DNA of 64,000 nucleotides, taken from contig NC_083276.1 in assembly GCF_963506605.1 (NCBI RefSeq), positions 99,014,001 to 99,078,000 on the forward strand, given 5' to 3'. This stretch comes from Zootoca vivipara. Its lineage: Eukaryota. The notes under the pieces were generated by a model. It was not told the origin of the DNA, ran no database searches, and saw nothing but the letters and a program-made list of their open reading frames with translations. Positions 1 through 12,795 of this stretch are shown here, piece after piece (the stretch's first letter is position 1; each line of letters starts with the position of its first letter). The translations under genes were made by a program, and so were the position numbers.

Positions 1-266
1 TGTAGTTTTTAATTGTTGTTAGGAGATCCTTTTTCCTCTAACAAACCTACAATTCCCAGAGTTCCTTGTGAAGAGACAGTGATTGTTAAACATGGCGGGC
101 TCATCCATACTATTTTTTTCGTGCTTCCCAGTCTGTCTCTGAACACTTTTCCCCGGGGTATCCTAACAACTCTCAGCACCCTTAACGAACCACAGCTCCC
201 AAAATTATTTTGGGGAAGCCATAACTGAGGTATCATAATTCTTTAAATGTATGGCATGACTGTGGC
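1..266. mobile_element. Degenerate palindromic squamate MITE-like repeat (left end may lie outside window)
   Basis: ctacaattcccagagttcc / cagctcccaaaattattttgggg motifs; right end ctttaaatgtatgg resembles the end of the element at 61720-62395. Confidence 0.45.
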
Positions 267-1302
267 TTCAGTAATATTTAGGGTGACATGTATTACACAT
301 TGTATACCCATGCTACTCGGTTTTAAAAATGAATATACACTATGAGGATAAATGCTACTCAAATGGCTTCATTTGTTTTGAGCAAAACATACTTTGTGGG
401 CTTAGAAATTGCAGCTATCCTTGCAAGAAGACCACTGAATAGCATGAGGTTTACAGAAAGGTGGTTATTAAAGGCAGCAGGAAGACAAGGGTGGAAACCT
501 CCAAATGCACAGGAATGTGTTTCAACCCAAGACATTTCAAATAAGAGTCTTAATATAAAACCATGAAATAATGAAAACATACAAAATAACAAACACAAAA
601 CTTAGCAATTTTCACAAAAGTAAAAACTATAAACCAGGACAACCAAATTATGGCATTTTGACCATATAAAAGTACAAAAACAAACAAACCTCAAAACCTT
701 CTAAATACAGTAATTGATATCAATAGCAGTGAAAAGAAAAAAGTGTCAGATATGGCCTCAAATAGACAATACTTGAAAAATGCCTTCCTTTTGCTGGAAA
801 AGGAGAGGATAAACTAACCTCTTAGTTCATGAGCTTAGTCCCTCAGCCTCCAGCCTAGCCTGCATGAGTTTGCTAGATCACTGCCAACAATGGGGTGGGA
901 GAAACCCTGAGGAACCACAGGTGTGGCTCATATCCAGAATCTGTAAGCCTCCAACTGCCATCCTAATTATGCCTGCAAGGAAAGGAGATTAACTCTTTAG
1001 TTGCACTGAGAGACTTCCAAATAGCGGAATGAGAATGCAAGAGAAAGAGAATCCAGCTCATTTTTGTTTTTCACAGGGGGCTGTCATGATGAGCTCCTGT
1101 ACTTCAGAAGGCATCGTTACACCACTGAGGTAAACAAGGAACTCCTTGAGAGAAGGTTGTAGGTTCTCCGATGAGCATATCCTGTTACCTTCCCCTCTCT
1201 CCCAGCTTTTCTTCTCCCACCCACTAAGTAGTTGAAGAAGAGAAGAGAAGTGTGCCCAAGTGACACACATTCATAGTAAATGGATCTCCTTTTCAGACAA
1301 AT

Positions 1303-1473
1303 TAGGCTGGCCCGAGATAAGAGAGGACAGGGTTGCTGCACTTTTAATGGTTGGATAGGAGAAGAAATTTCATCAGGTGTCATTTGCATGACCAGCCACA
1401 CCTTATGGACTGTCATTTTCTGCACAACTATCAAAGATGCAAGAGTCCTGTCCTTTTTGCAGCTGGACACCTA
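1303..1473. mobile_element. Palindromic non-autonomous DNA transposon (MITE), aged
   Basis: Imperfect inverted arms: tagg..gaggacaggg-ttgctgcacttttaatggttg versus caactatcaaagatgcaagagtcctgtcctttt..caccta. Confidence 0.55.
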
Positions 1474-1608
1474 AAGCTGATACTACCACTGCCACCTTTG
1501 AAACGACAGAAACGAAAGATACACCCACACACCTCTCACTATCTTTCATCCAGACAAGAAAGTAGCATTACCAGTATGCAAGAACACATTCTAGCCTGGC
1601 AAAAACAC

Positions 1609-1631
1609 TGTGTGTGTGTGTGTGTGTGTGT
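1609..1631. repeat. (TG)n microsatellite
   Basis: Direct reading. Confidence 0.95.
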
Positions 1632-3505
1632 ATACAAAGCAGGACTGGGGAGGGGTGTGGCCTGGCAAGAAGGGGTGTGGCTGTGGAGAGGAGAGTCCTG
1701 AGGGACAGACAGGGAGAGTTGTGTGACTTAGAAAGAGACCCAACAGCCACACTAGGGCTGGGTCTATACTCACTCTTTATTTATTTTATTTTTAATTGCT
1801 TTTTATGGAGATTTAAATTGGTTATTCATATACATATTCCATTCACTCTTTAACATATATTGTACACATATAAAAACCAAACAACAATATTTCTACACTC
1901 TTTGAATGCATTTGGTTTCTTAGTTCATTTCCTTTTCTACAAGGTCTACCCACTTATTTCACAGGTAGAACTCTGCAGCGTCCTCTGGTGTCAGATTTTT
2001 AATAACGCATTATTTACGTTTATCATAACCCTTTATAAACTCATTTTTAGTGTTAAAAGCCACAAGTGTAGATGAGTCCCAAGACCATAGACCTGAGGTT
2101 ACCAATCCCCGAGCTTGTTCAAAAACTGTGGGTACTGAATAGAACAGTTCACAGAAGTGGATATGAGTTATGGACTCAGAAACCTTGAGGATCTCTGTTG
2201 GTGCCTGTATCTATTGCCTCATCCAGTATATCTTATAGATAGCCCAGCTTGCTTTTCCTTTTCTGGCCCCACAACACTGTTCAGAGGTCAGAATGAGGCT
2301 CGTTCCACCCAGTTGGGATTAGCTTCAGTATTCTGTTGTTCCATCAACAGCTTTCCAAGCGAACCTTCACCACACATAAAGCCAAGCTAGCTATCTGGTG
2401 CAGGGGTTGCCTGCTTTCCCCCCCTGTCCTCATTTTTCACAAAATGCATTAAAATGCCATTTGTTGCTTTCCACCCATCGCAAAGTCCGCTGCATCTTTC
2501 TGGGAAGGACATATCTGCTGCTTTCCAAGAGGAACCGCTAAACTTGTACTTTATAAAGTGAAGCCTATAACTCAATCTTTGCGAGTCAGTGCCATTTCCA
2601 GACAAAGTGAGATCAATGAGTACAAGACAAATGATAACCCTCTTCAGTTACAATGAAGTATACAGCTCAGATCCGTTAAATCAAAGACCTAAGTGTATGG
2701 CGGTGATATCTCTTAAGCTATGTACAGAGCCAACTCCTGAGGTGGGCACATGATTACTTTAAGGGAGATGGCAAGTGAGGGCAGAAAGGAACTGGATAAT
2801 CGATCTTGTCCTTGCACTACAAAAGGTGCTTCTAAATGATAAGGTGGAGAATGAGCAGAATCAATGAAAATTCCCATTGCCTCCATTCTACAGAAATACC
2901 TTTAGGCAATCAGTCAAAATGCACTTCACACATGTGAGCCTGCAAGCTGAGGTAACATTCCCATCACAGAGCTCTGTCAGTTCAAAGTTTGTCTTGTCTA
3001 CTCAGAGCTCAACCAACAGGGCTCAGCAGTAGTCACATAAGGGAGAGAAATATGCTTCTTGCCCACCCACCTCCCAAAAAGTTTGACATTGTGTAGTGCG
3101 CAAAACAAAGAGAATGTAGAAGTGAACATATCTTTTTCTTTCTTTCTTCCAGTGCAATTGCCCTCAAGAGACGAAGGAGACATGGCCTATTTGCAGCTCT
3201 CAGATGTGACATTTGGCTTTGGAATGAAGGCAACACCTCAACTTTAGTTAATGAAACTAGATAGTTTTACAGGAACAGATCCCACCACAACAAAAAGCAG
3301 CATATCTATTTACTTCATGGAGTGGAGTGCTACTCATGTTTTATCTGAAGAGGGCCTTTCTGTGCTTGCTCAAGGGGGTTTGCTTTCAAGCAAAGCTTGC
3401 TTGGGATTGCAGCCTTAAGCAAACATTTCCTTGTTTGTCTGATGGTAGACTAGAGATGGCAAACAGGCAGCCCCTGGCCCAGACTGGATTCATTTTGGGG
3501 GGGGG

Positions 3506-3509
3506 GAGA

Positions 3510-3579
<70 letters not shown>
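3506..3579. repeat. (GA)n microsatellite preceded by poly-G
   Basis: Direct reading. Confidence 0.95.
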
Positions 3580-3581
<2 letters not shown>

Positions 3582-4524
3582 CTTTCTACATAATGTTTTG
3601 TCTTGGTGTGGCATTGCACATAAGATCTGGCCAATAGCAACTTGGAAGCAATGTGTAATGACAAAAGGCTTGGGATGCAATTTACACGCTGCTTACTTTG
3701 GAGAAGCTTCATGAGAGAAACAATGAAATCTATGAGGCTTTTTAAGAGTAATCTCATCTACAGTAAATGCTTTGTGCATTGCTCCTTCAGGGCCTGTTTA
3801 CACCATTGCCTTTGACTATTAGGGCTTACCCATATGGCTCTAATATCAGGGACCAGGCACACAGTTTCATTACTTATCTCTGAATTTCTGAGGTGCTTCT
3901 TTTGTCTCCCCACTGCCACCAGGATTGATAGCAACCGTTGCGGGCTGTGCAGTCCAACATCTGGCTTACTGCCCTCTGTGGGGATGTCCCAAAGCAAAAG
4001 GCAAATCTCAGTTCCTCTTCTTCAAACACTTTGACATGTGCAAGACTTAATACTCTGAACATCACGGTCTGGAGAGAGTGCTGGGGTGGAATTTAAGCAG
4101 CCTGTCATCTTTCTGAGTAGTTTATATTGCGGGTCCCCCTCCCAATAGTTATTGGATTTTAAGACAACTGTTAACCACACTGGAAGTCCCATTCTGGGAA
4201 TAGGATGCTTCCCCCTCCCTCCCTCCCTCCCTCTCTCTCACGTTTTGCAGATAATAGTTAAATAAGTGTTAAGTATAATTGATTTAATTGACACAGAAAT
4301 GGAAAGTGTGTGTGTATTAACGAAGGTTTAAAATGCAAAAGGGATATATGTTTATTGCTAACACTGAATCATATTTTTATGGGCCTGGACAATGATTTCT
4401 TCCAAAAGGAGTCAGTTCTTATGCTTCCAGTCATTTCAAACTCCACAATATTAATATATGCAATAATAAGTACAATGTGAAAACTCCTGACCCGGTTTGC
4501 ATGCTGTCCTTTGAATGGAAATGT

Positions 4525-4715
4525 ACTGGTGTACAGAGCCTTGAACAGCTTGGGCCCAGGTTATCTTATAGACTGCTATAGCCTGCAAGAGATGAGCCAA
4601 TCCCAGAGCTTCTTGGGCTGCAGCATTAGTGGTTCCCCATGGACCAGAAGCATGATTCATGTCAGCCAGGAGCCATACCTTCAATGTAGTGTGCCCAACT
4701 CTATTGAACTCCCAC
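4525..4715 (+). mobile_element. Old L2 LINE fragment
   Basis: Translates VLVYRALNSLGPGYL, matching the L2 ORF2 C-terminal motif seen in the other L2 copies (VLTFKALNGFGPVYL). Confidence 0.5.
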
Positions 4716-5728
4716 AGTGCATTTTTATTTTGTTTATTGAAGTATTTATAGTCTGCACTTCATGAAAGTATATCAAGTCTTGCCTAAACAGTTTCTAGAT
4801 GATGTTGGAAAGAAGGCAAAGTTGAACCTCCACACTGGCACACTGCAGGATTTGTCCCTTGTGATCGGAAACTAGAAATCAGACAGGTACCATCCTTGTT
4901 CATTTCAGGTGCCCAATTTAAATAGTTCTGTTTCAGAAAGCATGCCTTTCTGTATGCCACCTTGAGACATCTAGTTAAAAGTAAAGTATAAATATATCAA
5001 ATCAAATAAATAAATGGGAGCTTATTTCTTGATTTACATACATGTTCTAATTGTAGGTTTAAAACAAACAAAAAACACCCCACCTTTTATTTCAGAGTAA
5101 AGTTAAAACTCTTACAAATTCACTCATGAAAACTGCAAGTTAAGGTTCCTGCCTTTACTTGTATGTATACCATGTAAACATGCAATGTCGCTTATGTCTG
5201 CATTTCTTGCATAGTTAAGACAGGTGTTTTAAACATACAATGCCCATGTTTTCTGAAACATGACTTGAATTTGTATACAGCTTAGCTCGACTTTTAAACC
5301 AGCAGTTCAAAATTTACTGAATTACACCTCACTCATGTAATTTCAAAACATTCAGATGCTTTCCCTCCTTTTTTACCACATTTTCTCATTTTAAAAAATG
5401 TGCTTGTTTTTGTAAATGTATGTGTTGTCTTGTCCTCTTTATTTTCTTTTTCTTTTTTCAGGCCCTGATGAAGACTTACGATTTACACAGGCCAAAATGT
5501 TATGGGCTTGTTGAGGAAAAAAATCATTTCCAGCATCTTGAGATTCCCCCCCCCTTTTTTTTTGTTCTATTTGAATGCAAACTGTTTCCTGCTACCTTTT
5601 TAAAACCTGAAAAGAAATGCTTAAAAATAAGCTTACTGTAAACCAATACTACTCTTCTCTATCCTACCCTATCTCATCCAAATTATCAAGGTGTGTGATC
5701 TTCCTTTAATGCTATTATAGGCACAGCT

Positions 5729-5812
5729 ATGCACATGAAAGCTCATATCAATGACAAACTTAGTTGGTCTCTAAGGTGCTACTGGAAGGAATATTTTTTT
5801 TTAATTTTGTTT
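5729..5812 (+). mobile_element. Penelope-like element terminal (pseudo-LTR) fragment, hammerhead 5' half missing
   Basis: atgcacatgaaagctcata..acaaacttagttggtctctaaggtgctactggaagga aligns to copies at 52163-52447 and 63639-63851. Confidence 0.75.
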
Positions 5813-6136
5813 AGAAAAGTTCAGTTATGGGGGTGCACAGTAATGCACTTAATAAATAAGGGAGAATCCTAGTTATGGGATGCCAGTGTCATTTATTCTG
5901 GCTTAAATTAAACGGGCATAAAGTGTACCAGATCAGACTCCAGTCACAAGCGAGGTTACTGCAGGCTGAGTTGACCTAAGCCCAGCAGAGGGAAAACACA
6001 CGTTGTTTTTTTTAAGAGTAATTTTTTGTAAATTCTGCTGGTTGCTAGGTCATGTGACAAAGCTGAATGGAGTTAGGATCCAGTACAATCCTCCTCAGCC
6101 TGGTTCTGCTCCCACTCCCCTATAATTCTCATTTTT

Positions 6137-6283
6137 NNNNNNNNNNNNNNNNNNNNNNNNNNNNNNNNNNNNNNNNNNNNNNNNNNNNNNNNNNNNNNNN
6201 NNNNNNNNNNNNNNNNNNNNNNNNNNNNNNNNNNNNNNNNNNNNNNNNNNNNNNNNNNNNNNNNNNNNNNNNNNNNNNNNNNN
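6137..6283. other. Assembly gap (147 N)
   Basis: Run of n. Confidence 1.
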
Positions 6284-6527
6284 AAATAATAAAACATGAC
6301 GTGACTGACAAAAATGGGTCACTGGGGGGCGGGTTAAAATATTAAACATATTATTTCACTCTACGTAATAATGAACAGTAAACCAGTTCAATGAATTATT
6401 CAGTAAATCAACTTGGAAAACACAGAATAATAGGAGTGAGCTAATGAGTAGTGCCTGCTTATCTACTCCATGTTGCAAAATATGTTGTAGGTATGTCTCA
6501 CCCATGTGTTGCTTCATTGGTATATTT

Positions 6528-6778
6528 CAGGGGTGGCCAACTCCCAAGAGTCTGCGATCTACTCACAGAGTTAAAAACTGGCAATGATCTACTCCCTTTT
6601 TTGAGGTTCAGGTCAAAGTTGTTGAGTTTTTTTCAGGGAGGAGGTAAAATGTTGAGCTTTTTTAAGGAGAGCCGCAGTTGTTCAGCTTCTTTGGGGGAAG
6701 CCAATGATCTACCAGTGATCTACTGCATGCGTCTAGTGATCTACTGGTAGATCACGAGCTACCTGTTGGACATGCCTG
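6528..6778. mobile_element. hAT-type MITE
   Basis: Imperfect TIRs caggggtggccaac / gttggacatgcctg; perfect 8-bp TSD gtatattt (6520-6527, 6779-6786); internal gatctac repeats. Confidence 0.85.
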
Positions 6779-7720
6779 GTATATTTCATACACCAGCATA
6801 ACTTCCTTCAGTCGTAGCTCAACTACCTGATCCCTGGCTGACACAAGGTTGGGGACTAACATTGCCATGCCTCCAGTTGAGCTGAGAACCTGCTGGCTAA
6901 GCTCAAGATCCTCCGCATCCTAACTCACTCTAGCAGATCCAGGGTTAGGATTATGCCCTACATAAATAAATAAGGAGAAAGTAAAATGGCTGCCTTCTCC
7001 TTTCTATTTCAACAGCGGTTTGGCTCTTTCTTGTCCCTTTTCATGGATTCCACCAGTTCTTCCCTTTTGTAGAGACCCCTCTAAATATGTGCTATTCCTG
7101 TGCATATGTTCATAACTCTGACATTTACGTGTGGAGACCCTTTAACCTGGCCTAGAAATAAATTCAAACAGGACTCAAAATTTTGGTTTGGTTTTTTGGA
7201 CAGGTGTTCCGGTGCACTGAGACCTGAAAGAGAAGCTCAGAGTCATGTACAGCGGTTAAATAGTGGTCCCTCTAACTACTTTGAATGGCATGCCCATAGC
7301 CCAATTGCTCCCTGTTAGAGGGACCACCAATAGGGTGTCATGGCCGCTCCAATGATCCCGCCCCAACACCTAGGCCTGATTGCCGGGTCCCACCGCAACA
7401 TGTGCCCTCTTGTTAGGGAGGACCTGATTTACTGGCTGGAACATCCACAAGGGCACATAAGCGGTGTGACTACAGCCTGGAACCTTTCTCAGGAAAGCTC
7501 TTTTCCCAGGCTTTTCCAAAGGGTTTCTTTATTAATACTTGGCATGAAAAGATCAATATATGTTACTGTAAATCCCAATAGTTTAATCTTCATGTAGATT
7601 CACCTCCTCTGCAATCCTATAAATTGCTGTTCGGAAGTAAGCTCTGTTGGGCTTGCTACAAGGTAAGTGCATATAGGACAACAACCCCACCCTCTCTCTG
7701 TGTGTGCACATGCTATCAAT

Positions 7721-7810
7721 CATAGCTGCCAAGTTTTCCCTTTTCTCACGAGGAAGCCTATTCAGCATAAGGGAAAATCCCTTAAAAAAAGGGATAACTT
7801 GGCAGCTATG
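7721..7810 (+). mobile_element. 90-bp MITE, copy 1 (8-bp TSD; hAT or P superfamily)
   Basis: Perfect 15-bp TIR catagctgccaagtt; TSD ctatcaat (7713-7720, 7811-7818). Confidence 0.92.
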
Positions 7811-9543
7811 CTATCAATATGTGAAACTGCTATGAGGATAGCCTCACTTTTGTTGTTGCTGGGAAAGGAAAATGGCTTAGCTTTGAAAAATTACCAGCAG
7901 ACTCCAAGTTCAGATGCTAAATGGGACAGGCTTAAGATGGAAATCAACATGCCAATTTCCCTTTCCCCAAAGTATGAATAATTCTATTCCTTCACTAATC
8001 AAACCACACAAATATATTCCAGATTGGAAGAGGATTCGCTTCACATTTCTTCCACATGCTGAATTCCCATTGTCTGCAATCAGGGTTGTTCACAAAAAAC
8101 ACCAGCTATCCTGTCAGCCTGCCCACAGGCAAAATGCATGGAGAATGAGTACTATTTAACAAAATCCTGGCAGCCCAGTGGACTAAATCAGATCCAGGGA
8201 AGGGGAAATGTTGGCCTCTTTCCCAGGGCTACAGAATGTCAGTGTTGGCAACTTGTTCCATGCTTACATCTAAGCAGGCTTCCAGATTTACTTTTCAGGC
8301 CTAGCCAAGTGTTCACCTTAATACATAGTACCACTGCCGATGATATAAGTAACAGCCCCCCACAGCAGAATAAGATGTGCTTTGTCGAGCAACTGCTCTA
8401 CATGCTTTGATCCCCCTTGAGAAACAGCAGCAGTGATCAAACGGAATGTGCACGAGCTTGGGCAGAAGCCCTGGAGAACAACCAAGTTCTGTCCACCATC
8501 ATCAGAAGCATTCTCTTTTAGATCCTGGCATGCTTGCATAACCTCCTTCCTGGAGGACCTTGCAAAAGCATGTCTGTTCCATGACATATTGTCATTGGGC
8601 AACCATTCCCCCCATTCACCCCAAACTTTGTAGAGAGAAGCTTTTAATTATGGAGCATATGGTCATCTTTGCAGCCTACTGTCAGTGAAAGAAGCCACAC
8701 TGGCTTATGCTGAAAATTCTGTGTGGAGGAGGAATGCAGAAGGAGACAGAAGTCTGAATGGCTCCTGTGGACTCAGCTATACAGCTGCAAATAAAACATT
8801 TTAGATGTGTTGTACAGTGCTATATACAAATGTGACACTAGATGGCGAAAGTGAGCTATGCCGAATTCAATGTATTTTTCATAACATTTTGTTTAAAAAA
8901 AGCATTTTCACAACGTTTTTTATATGTGTATAGATTCCACCTGTGTCTACCATAAGCATCACTTAAGAAGCACAAATGTGCTTTCATGTTTATTTATTCT
9001 CTCTCTTTGATTTCTCCCAGGATGTGCTTCATGGGTGCAGGGGGAATGACAGGCTCTCTCATTTTGATCTGACTGCTATCTGCAGCAGGGAACTTTCTTT
9101 TTAGCTGAGAGGCAGGCCTGACTTTCTCACTGTTCTAATGGTTAATATTGCTGCTGGCTTTACAATTGTTTTCTCCCAGCAGTTTAATTAGTTTTATATG
9201 AGCGTTTTGCTGGATTGTGAGATATTATCCACTGCTGTTTTAAACAGCTGTACTTTATCGAAAAGGAATATTGTAGTTTTGTGTTTAACTTTTGTGTACT
9301 TTTGTCCTGAAAGGCAGCCTAAAAAATTTAGCTGTTCACCCGCCTTCTTCTACAGCTTGAGGCTATGGACTAGGGGTGCTTCCTTCCAGACTGTCACTCT
9401 GTGCAAGTATAGTTGATGGTGAGCCCTTGCTCAACAAACCTGCTTCCTTCCAAAGACAGGGCTTTTGTGATAAAAAGAGGGGGAAATGCTGAAAAGTATG
9501 CAATAGCACTTGCACTGCAACATCATAGCACTTGCACTGCAAC

Positions 9544-12078
9544 ATCCAGGATTTAAAACTTCAAAGCCAAATTGAGAGTATCTGGGTCAAAATTAAGGGA
9601 GAGAAAAACAACAGTGATCTCATTGTGGGAGTTTACTATAGATCCCCAAGCCAAACTGAGGACACAGATGATGCCTTCCTGGAACAGATGGCCAAGCATT
9701 CCAAAGGAAGTGAGATAGTAGTAATGGGGGATTTCAACTATCCTGATATTTGTTGGATGTCAAACTCAGCCAAGAGCATAAGGTCGAACAGATTCCTCAC
9801 TGGCCTTGCAGACAACTTCATTGTCCAGAAAGTGGGAGAAGCAACAAGAGGATCAGCCATTTTAGATCTGGTCCTAACCAATAGTGATGACTTGGTTAGT
9901 GGGGTAGAAGTGGCAGGATCATTAGGTGGGAGTGACCATGCTCTTCTGGAGTTTATTATCCAGCGGAAAGGAGCAACCAAGCATACTAAGGTCCAAATTC
10001 TAGACTTTAAGAAAGCCGACTTCAGAAAACTTAGGGAAACGCTGGGTGAAATCCCATGGACAGTAATACTAAAAGGGAAGGGAGTTCATGATGGTTGGGA
10101 GTTTGTTAAAAGGGAGATATTAAAAGCACAACTTCAGGCAATACCAATGAGACGGAAACATGGAAGGTGCCTAAAGAAGCCAGGCTGGCTATCTAAAGAA
10201 CTTTTGACTGAGTTAAGATTTAAAAGGGATATGTACAAAAAATGGAAAAGGGGGGAAATCTCCAGAGAGGAATTCAAACATATAGCCAGCACGTGTAGAG
10301 ACAAAGTCAGAAAAGCTAAAGCACAGAATGAACTCAGGCTCGCCAGAGAGGTTAAAAGCAACAAAAAGGGCTTTTATGGGTATGTCCGTAGCAAAAGGAA
10401 AAACAAGGAAACAGTGGGGTCACTCAGAGGAGAAGATGGTGAAATGCAAACAGGGGACAGAGAAAGGGCAGAACTCCTCAATGCCTTCTTTGCCTCAGTC
10501 TTCTCCAAGAAAGAAAACAACGCCCGACCTGAAGAATATGGAGCAGATGATTCAGCAGGGGAAACACAGCCCAGAATAAGTAAGGAGGTAGTACAAGAAT
10601 ACTTGGCTAGTTTAGATGTATTCAAGTCTCCAGGGCCAGATGAACTACATCCAAGAGTATTAAAAGAACTGGCAGAGGTGATTTCAGAACCACTGGCAAT
10701 AATCTTTGAAAATTCCTGGAGAACAGGCGAAGTTCCAGCAGACTGGAGGAGGGCAAATGTTGTCCCTATTTTCAAAAAGGGGAAAAGAGAGGACCCAAAC
10801 AATTACCGCCCAGTCAGCCTGACATCAATACCAGGAAAGATTCTAGAGCAGATCATTAAGCAAACAGTCTGTGAGCACCTAGAAAGAAACTCTGTGATCA
10901 CTAAAAGTCAGCATGGGTTCCTGAAAAATAAGTCATGTCAGACTAATCTGATCTCATTTTTTGACAGAATTACAAGCCTGGTAGATGAAGGGAACGCTGT
11001 GGATGTAGCCTATCTTGATTTCAGCAAGGCCTTTGACAAGGTGCCCCATGATATTCTTGTAAAGAAGCTGGTAAAATGTGGGCTAGACAATGCTACCATT
11101 CAGTGGATTTGTAGCTGGATTACTGACCGAACCCAAAGGGTGCTCATCAATGGCTCCTCCTCATCCTGGAGAGTAGTGACTAGTGGGGTGCCACAGGGTT
11201 CTGTCTTGGGCCCAGTCTTGTTCAACATCTTTATCAATGACTTGGATGATGGGCTTGAGGGAATCCTGAGCAAGTTTGCAGATGACACCAAGTTGGGAGG
11301 GGTGGCTAACACCCCAGAGGACAGGATCACACTTCAGAATGACCTTAACAGATTAGACAACTGGGCCAAAGCAAACAAGATGAATTTTAACAAGGAGAAA
11401 TGTAAAGTGCTACACTTGGGCAAAAAAAATGAAAGGCACAGATACAGGATGGGAGACACCTGGCTTGAGAGCAGTACATGTGAAAAGGATCTAGGAGTTT
11501 TGGTTGACCACAAACTTGACATGAGTCAGCAGTGTGATGCAGCAGCTAAAAAAGCCAATGCAATTCTGGGCTGCATCAATAGGAGTATAGCATCTAGATC
11601 AAGGGAAGTAATAGTACCACTGTATTCTGCTCTGGTCAGACCTCACCTGGAGTATTGTGTCCAGTTCTGGGCACCACAGTTCAAGAAGGATACTGATAAG
11701 CTGGAACGTGTCCAGAAGAGGGCAACCAAAATGGTCAAAGGCCTGGAAACGATGCCTTATGAGGAACGGCTTAGGGAGCTGGGTATGTTTAGCCTGGAGA
11801 AGAGAAGGTTAAGGGGTGATATGATAACCATGTTCAAATATATAAAAGGATGTCATATAAAGGAGGGAGAAAGGTTGTTTTCTGCTGCTCCAGAGAAGCG
11901 GACACGGAGCAACGGATTCAAACTACAAGAAAGAAAATTCCACCTAAACATTAGGAAGAACTTCCTGACAGTAAGAGCTGTTCGGCAGTGGAATTTGCTG
12001 CCAAGGAGTGTGGTGGAGTCTCCTTCTTTGGAGGTCTTTAAGCAGAGGCTTGACAGCCATCTGTCAGGAATGCTTTGA
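9544..12078 (+). CDS. CR1 ORF2 (partial APE endonuclease + reverse transcriptase), N-terminally truncated
   Basis: GVYYR, GDFN, LDLVLT, SDH endonuclease motifs; [29 protein letters not shown] (11275-11286) RT motifs; no stops. ORF-track start at 9532 is a TTG in flanking DNA. Confidence 0.93.
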   Translation: MQDLKLQSQIESIWVKIKGEKNNSDLIVGVYYRSPSQTEDTDDAFLEQMAKHSKGSEIVVMGDFNYPDICWMSNSAKSIRSNRFLTGLADNFIVQKVGEATRGSAILDLVLTNSDDLVSGVEVAGSLGGSDHALLEFIIQRKGATKHTKVQILDFKKADFRKLRETLGEIPWTVILKGKGVHDGWEFVKREILKAQLQAIPMRRKHGRCLKKPGWLSKELLTELRFKRDMYKKWKRGEISREEFKHIASTCRDKVRKAKAQNELRLAREVKSNKKGFYGYVRSKRKNKETVGSLRGEDGEMQTGDRERAELLNAFFASVFSKKENNARPEEYGADDSAGETQPRISKEVVQEYLASLDVFKSPGPDELHPRVLKELAEVISEPLAIIFENSWRTGEVPADWRRANVVPIFKKGKREDPNNYRPVSLTSIPGKILEQIIKQTVCEHLERNSVITKSQHGFLKNKSCQTNLISFFDRITSLVDEGNAVDVAYLDFSKAFDKVPHDILVKKLVKCGLDNATIQWICSWITDRTQRVLINGSSSSWRVVTSGVPQGSVLGPVLFNIFINDLDDGLEGILSKFADDTKLGGVANTPEDRITLQNDLNRLDNWAKANKMNFNKEKCKVLHLGKKNERHRYRMGDTWLESSTCEKDLGVLVDHKLDMSQQCDAAAKKANAILGCINRSIASRSREVIVPLYSALVRPHLEYCVQFWAPQFKKDTDKLERVQKRATKMVKGLETMPYEERLRELGMFSLEKRRLRGDMITMFKYIKGCHIKEGERLFSAAPEKRTRSNGFKLQERKFHLNIRKNFLTVRAVRQWNLLPRSVVESPSLEVFKQRLDSHLSGML

Positions 12079-12167
12079 TGGTGTTTCCTGCTTGGCAGGG
12101 GGTTGGACTGGATGGCCCTTGTGGTCTCTTCCAACTCTATGATTCTATGATTCTATGATTCTATGAT
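9544..12167 (+). mobile_element. Young 5'-truncated CR1 LINE
   Basis: Open ORF2, short 3' UTR, (ttctatga)n octamer tail at ~12136-12167; possible 4-bp TSD catc. Confidence 0.97.
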
Positions 12168-12402
12168 CATCTAACTTCCCCATAACCAAATCAGGGTGGA
12201 TGCACATTAAACAGTCACCGTCATCTAATCTCTCTGCAAATGAATCAAGATGAAAAAAGGTTGTCTGAAAGCGTCCTTGGAAACTGTACTTTGATTATCA
12301 GTTTCACTACAAGCTAGGGAATATGGTCAGACAGTAGGGCACTAAAGGAAGACACTGTTTTGCAGTTGGGATCAAATTGCAGCTAAAGCTCTCTATATGC
12401 CC

Positions 12403-12675
12403 GGGTTGCCAAATACCCGAGAATTCCCAGACATGTCCTCTTTTGAAGGTCCTACATGCCCATCTGTGAGCAATTTTACATTTTAAAGAAAATGTCCTAG
12501 ATTTGGTTTTATAGGTATATATATGTTGTTGTTTTTTGTGGGGGAGGCTATGGTACATGTGTGGGTGACCCCAGCTCTGGCTTAATGGTGGTGGTGGTGC
12601 TATTGGGCGATTGCCCTAAAAAAGCTCAACAACTTTTTGTGTCCAGATTTTTACCTCTTGGAGTATGGCATCCCT
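12403..12675. mobile_element. Degenerate hAT-Tip100-like MITE
   Basis: Ends gggttgcca / tggcatccct; no TSD recognisable. Confidence 0.4.
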
Positions 12676-12795
12676 CCATTACCCTAGCACAACAAATCCA
12701 CTTAAAAGGACTTCTTGCACATAGGAAAGTGATAGGAGATTGTACTGGGAAAGGGAGGGATGAATGCAAGATTAACACCATGACAGAAGTCATAA

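Noticed and set aside
6067-6349. ORFs spanning the N-run
   Set aside because: Gap artefacts
9532-9543. Apparent start of the 848-aa ORF
   Set aside because: TTG in the duplicated flank; the element is simply truncated
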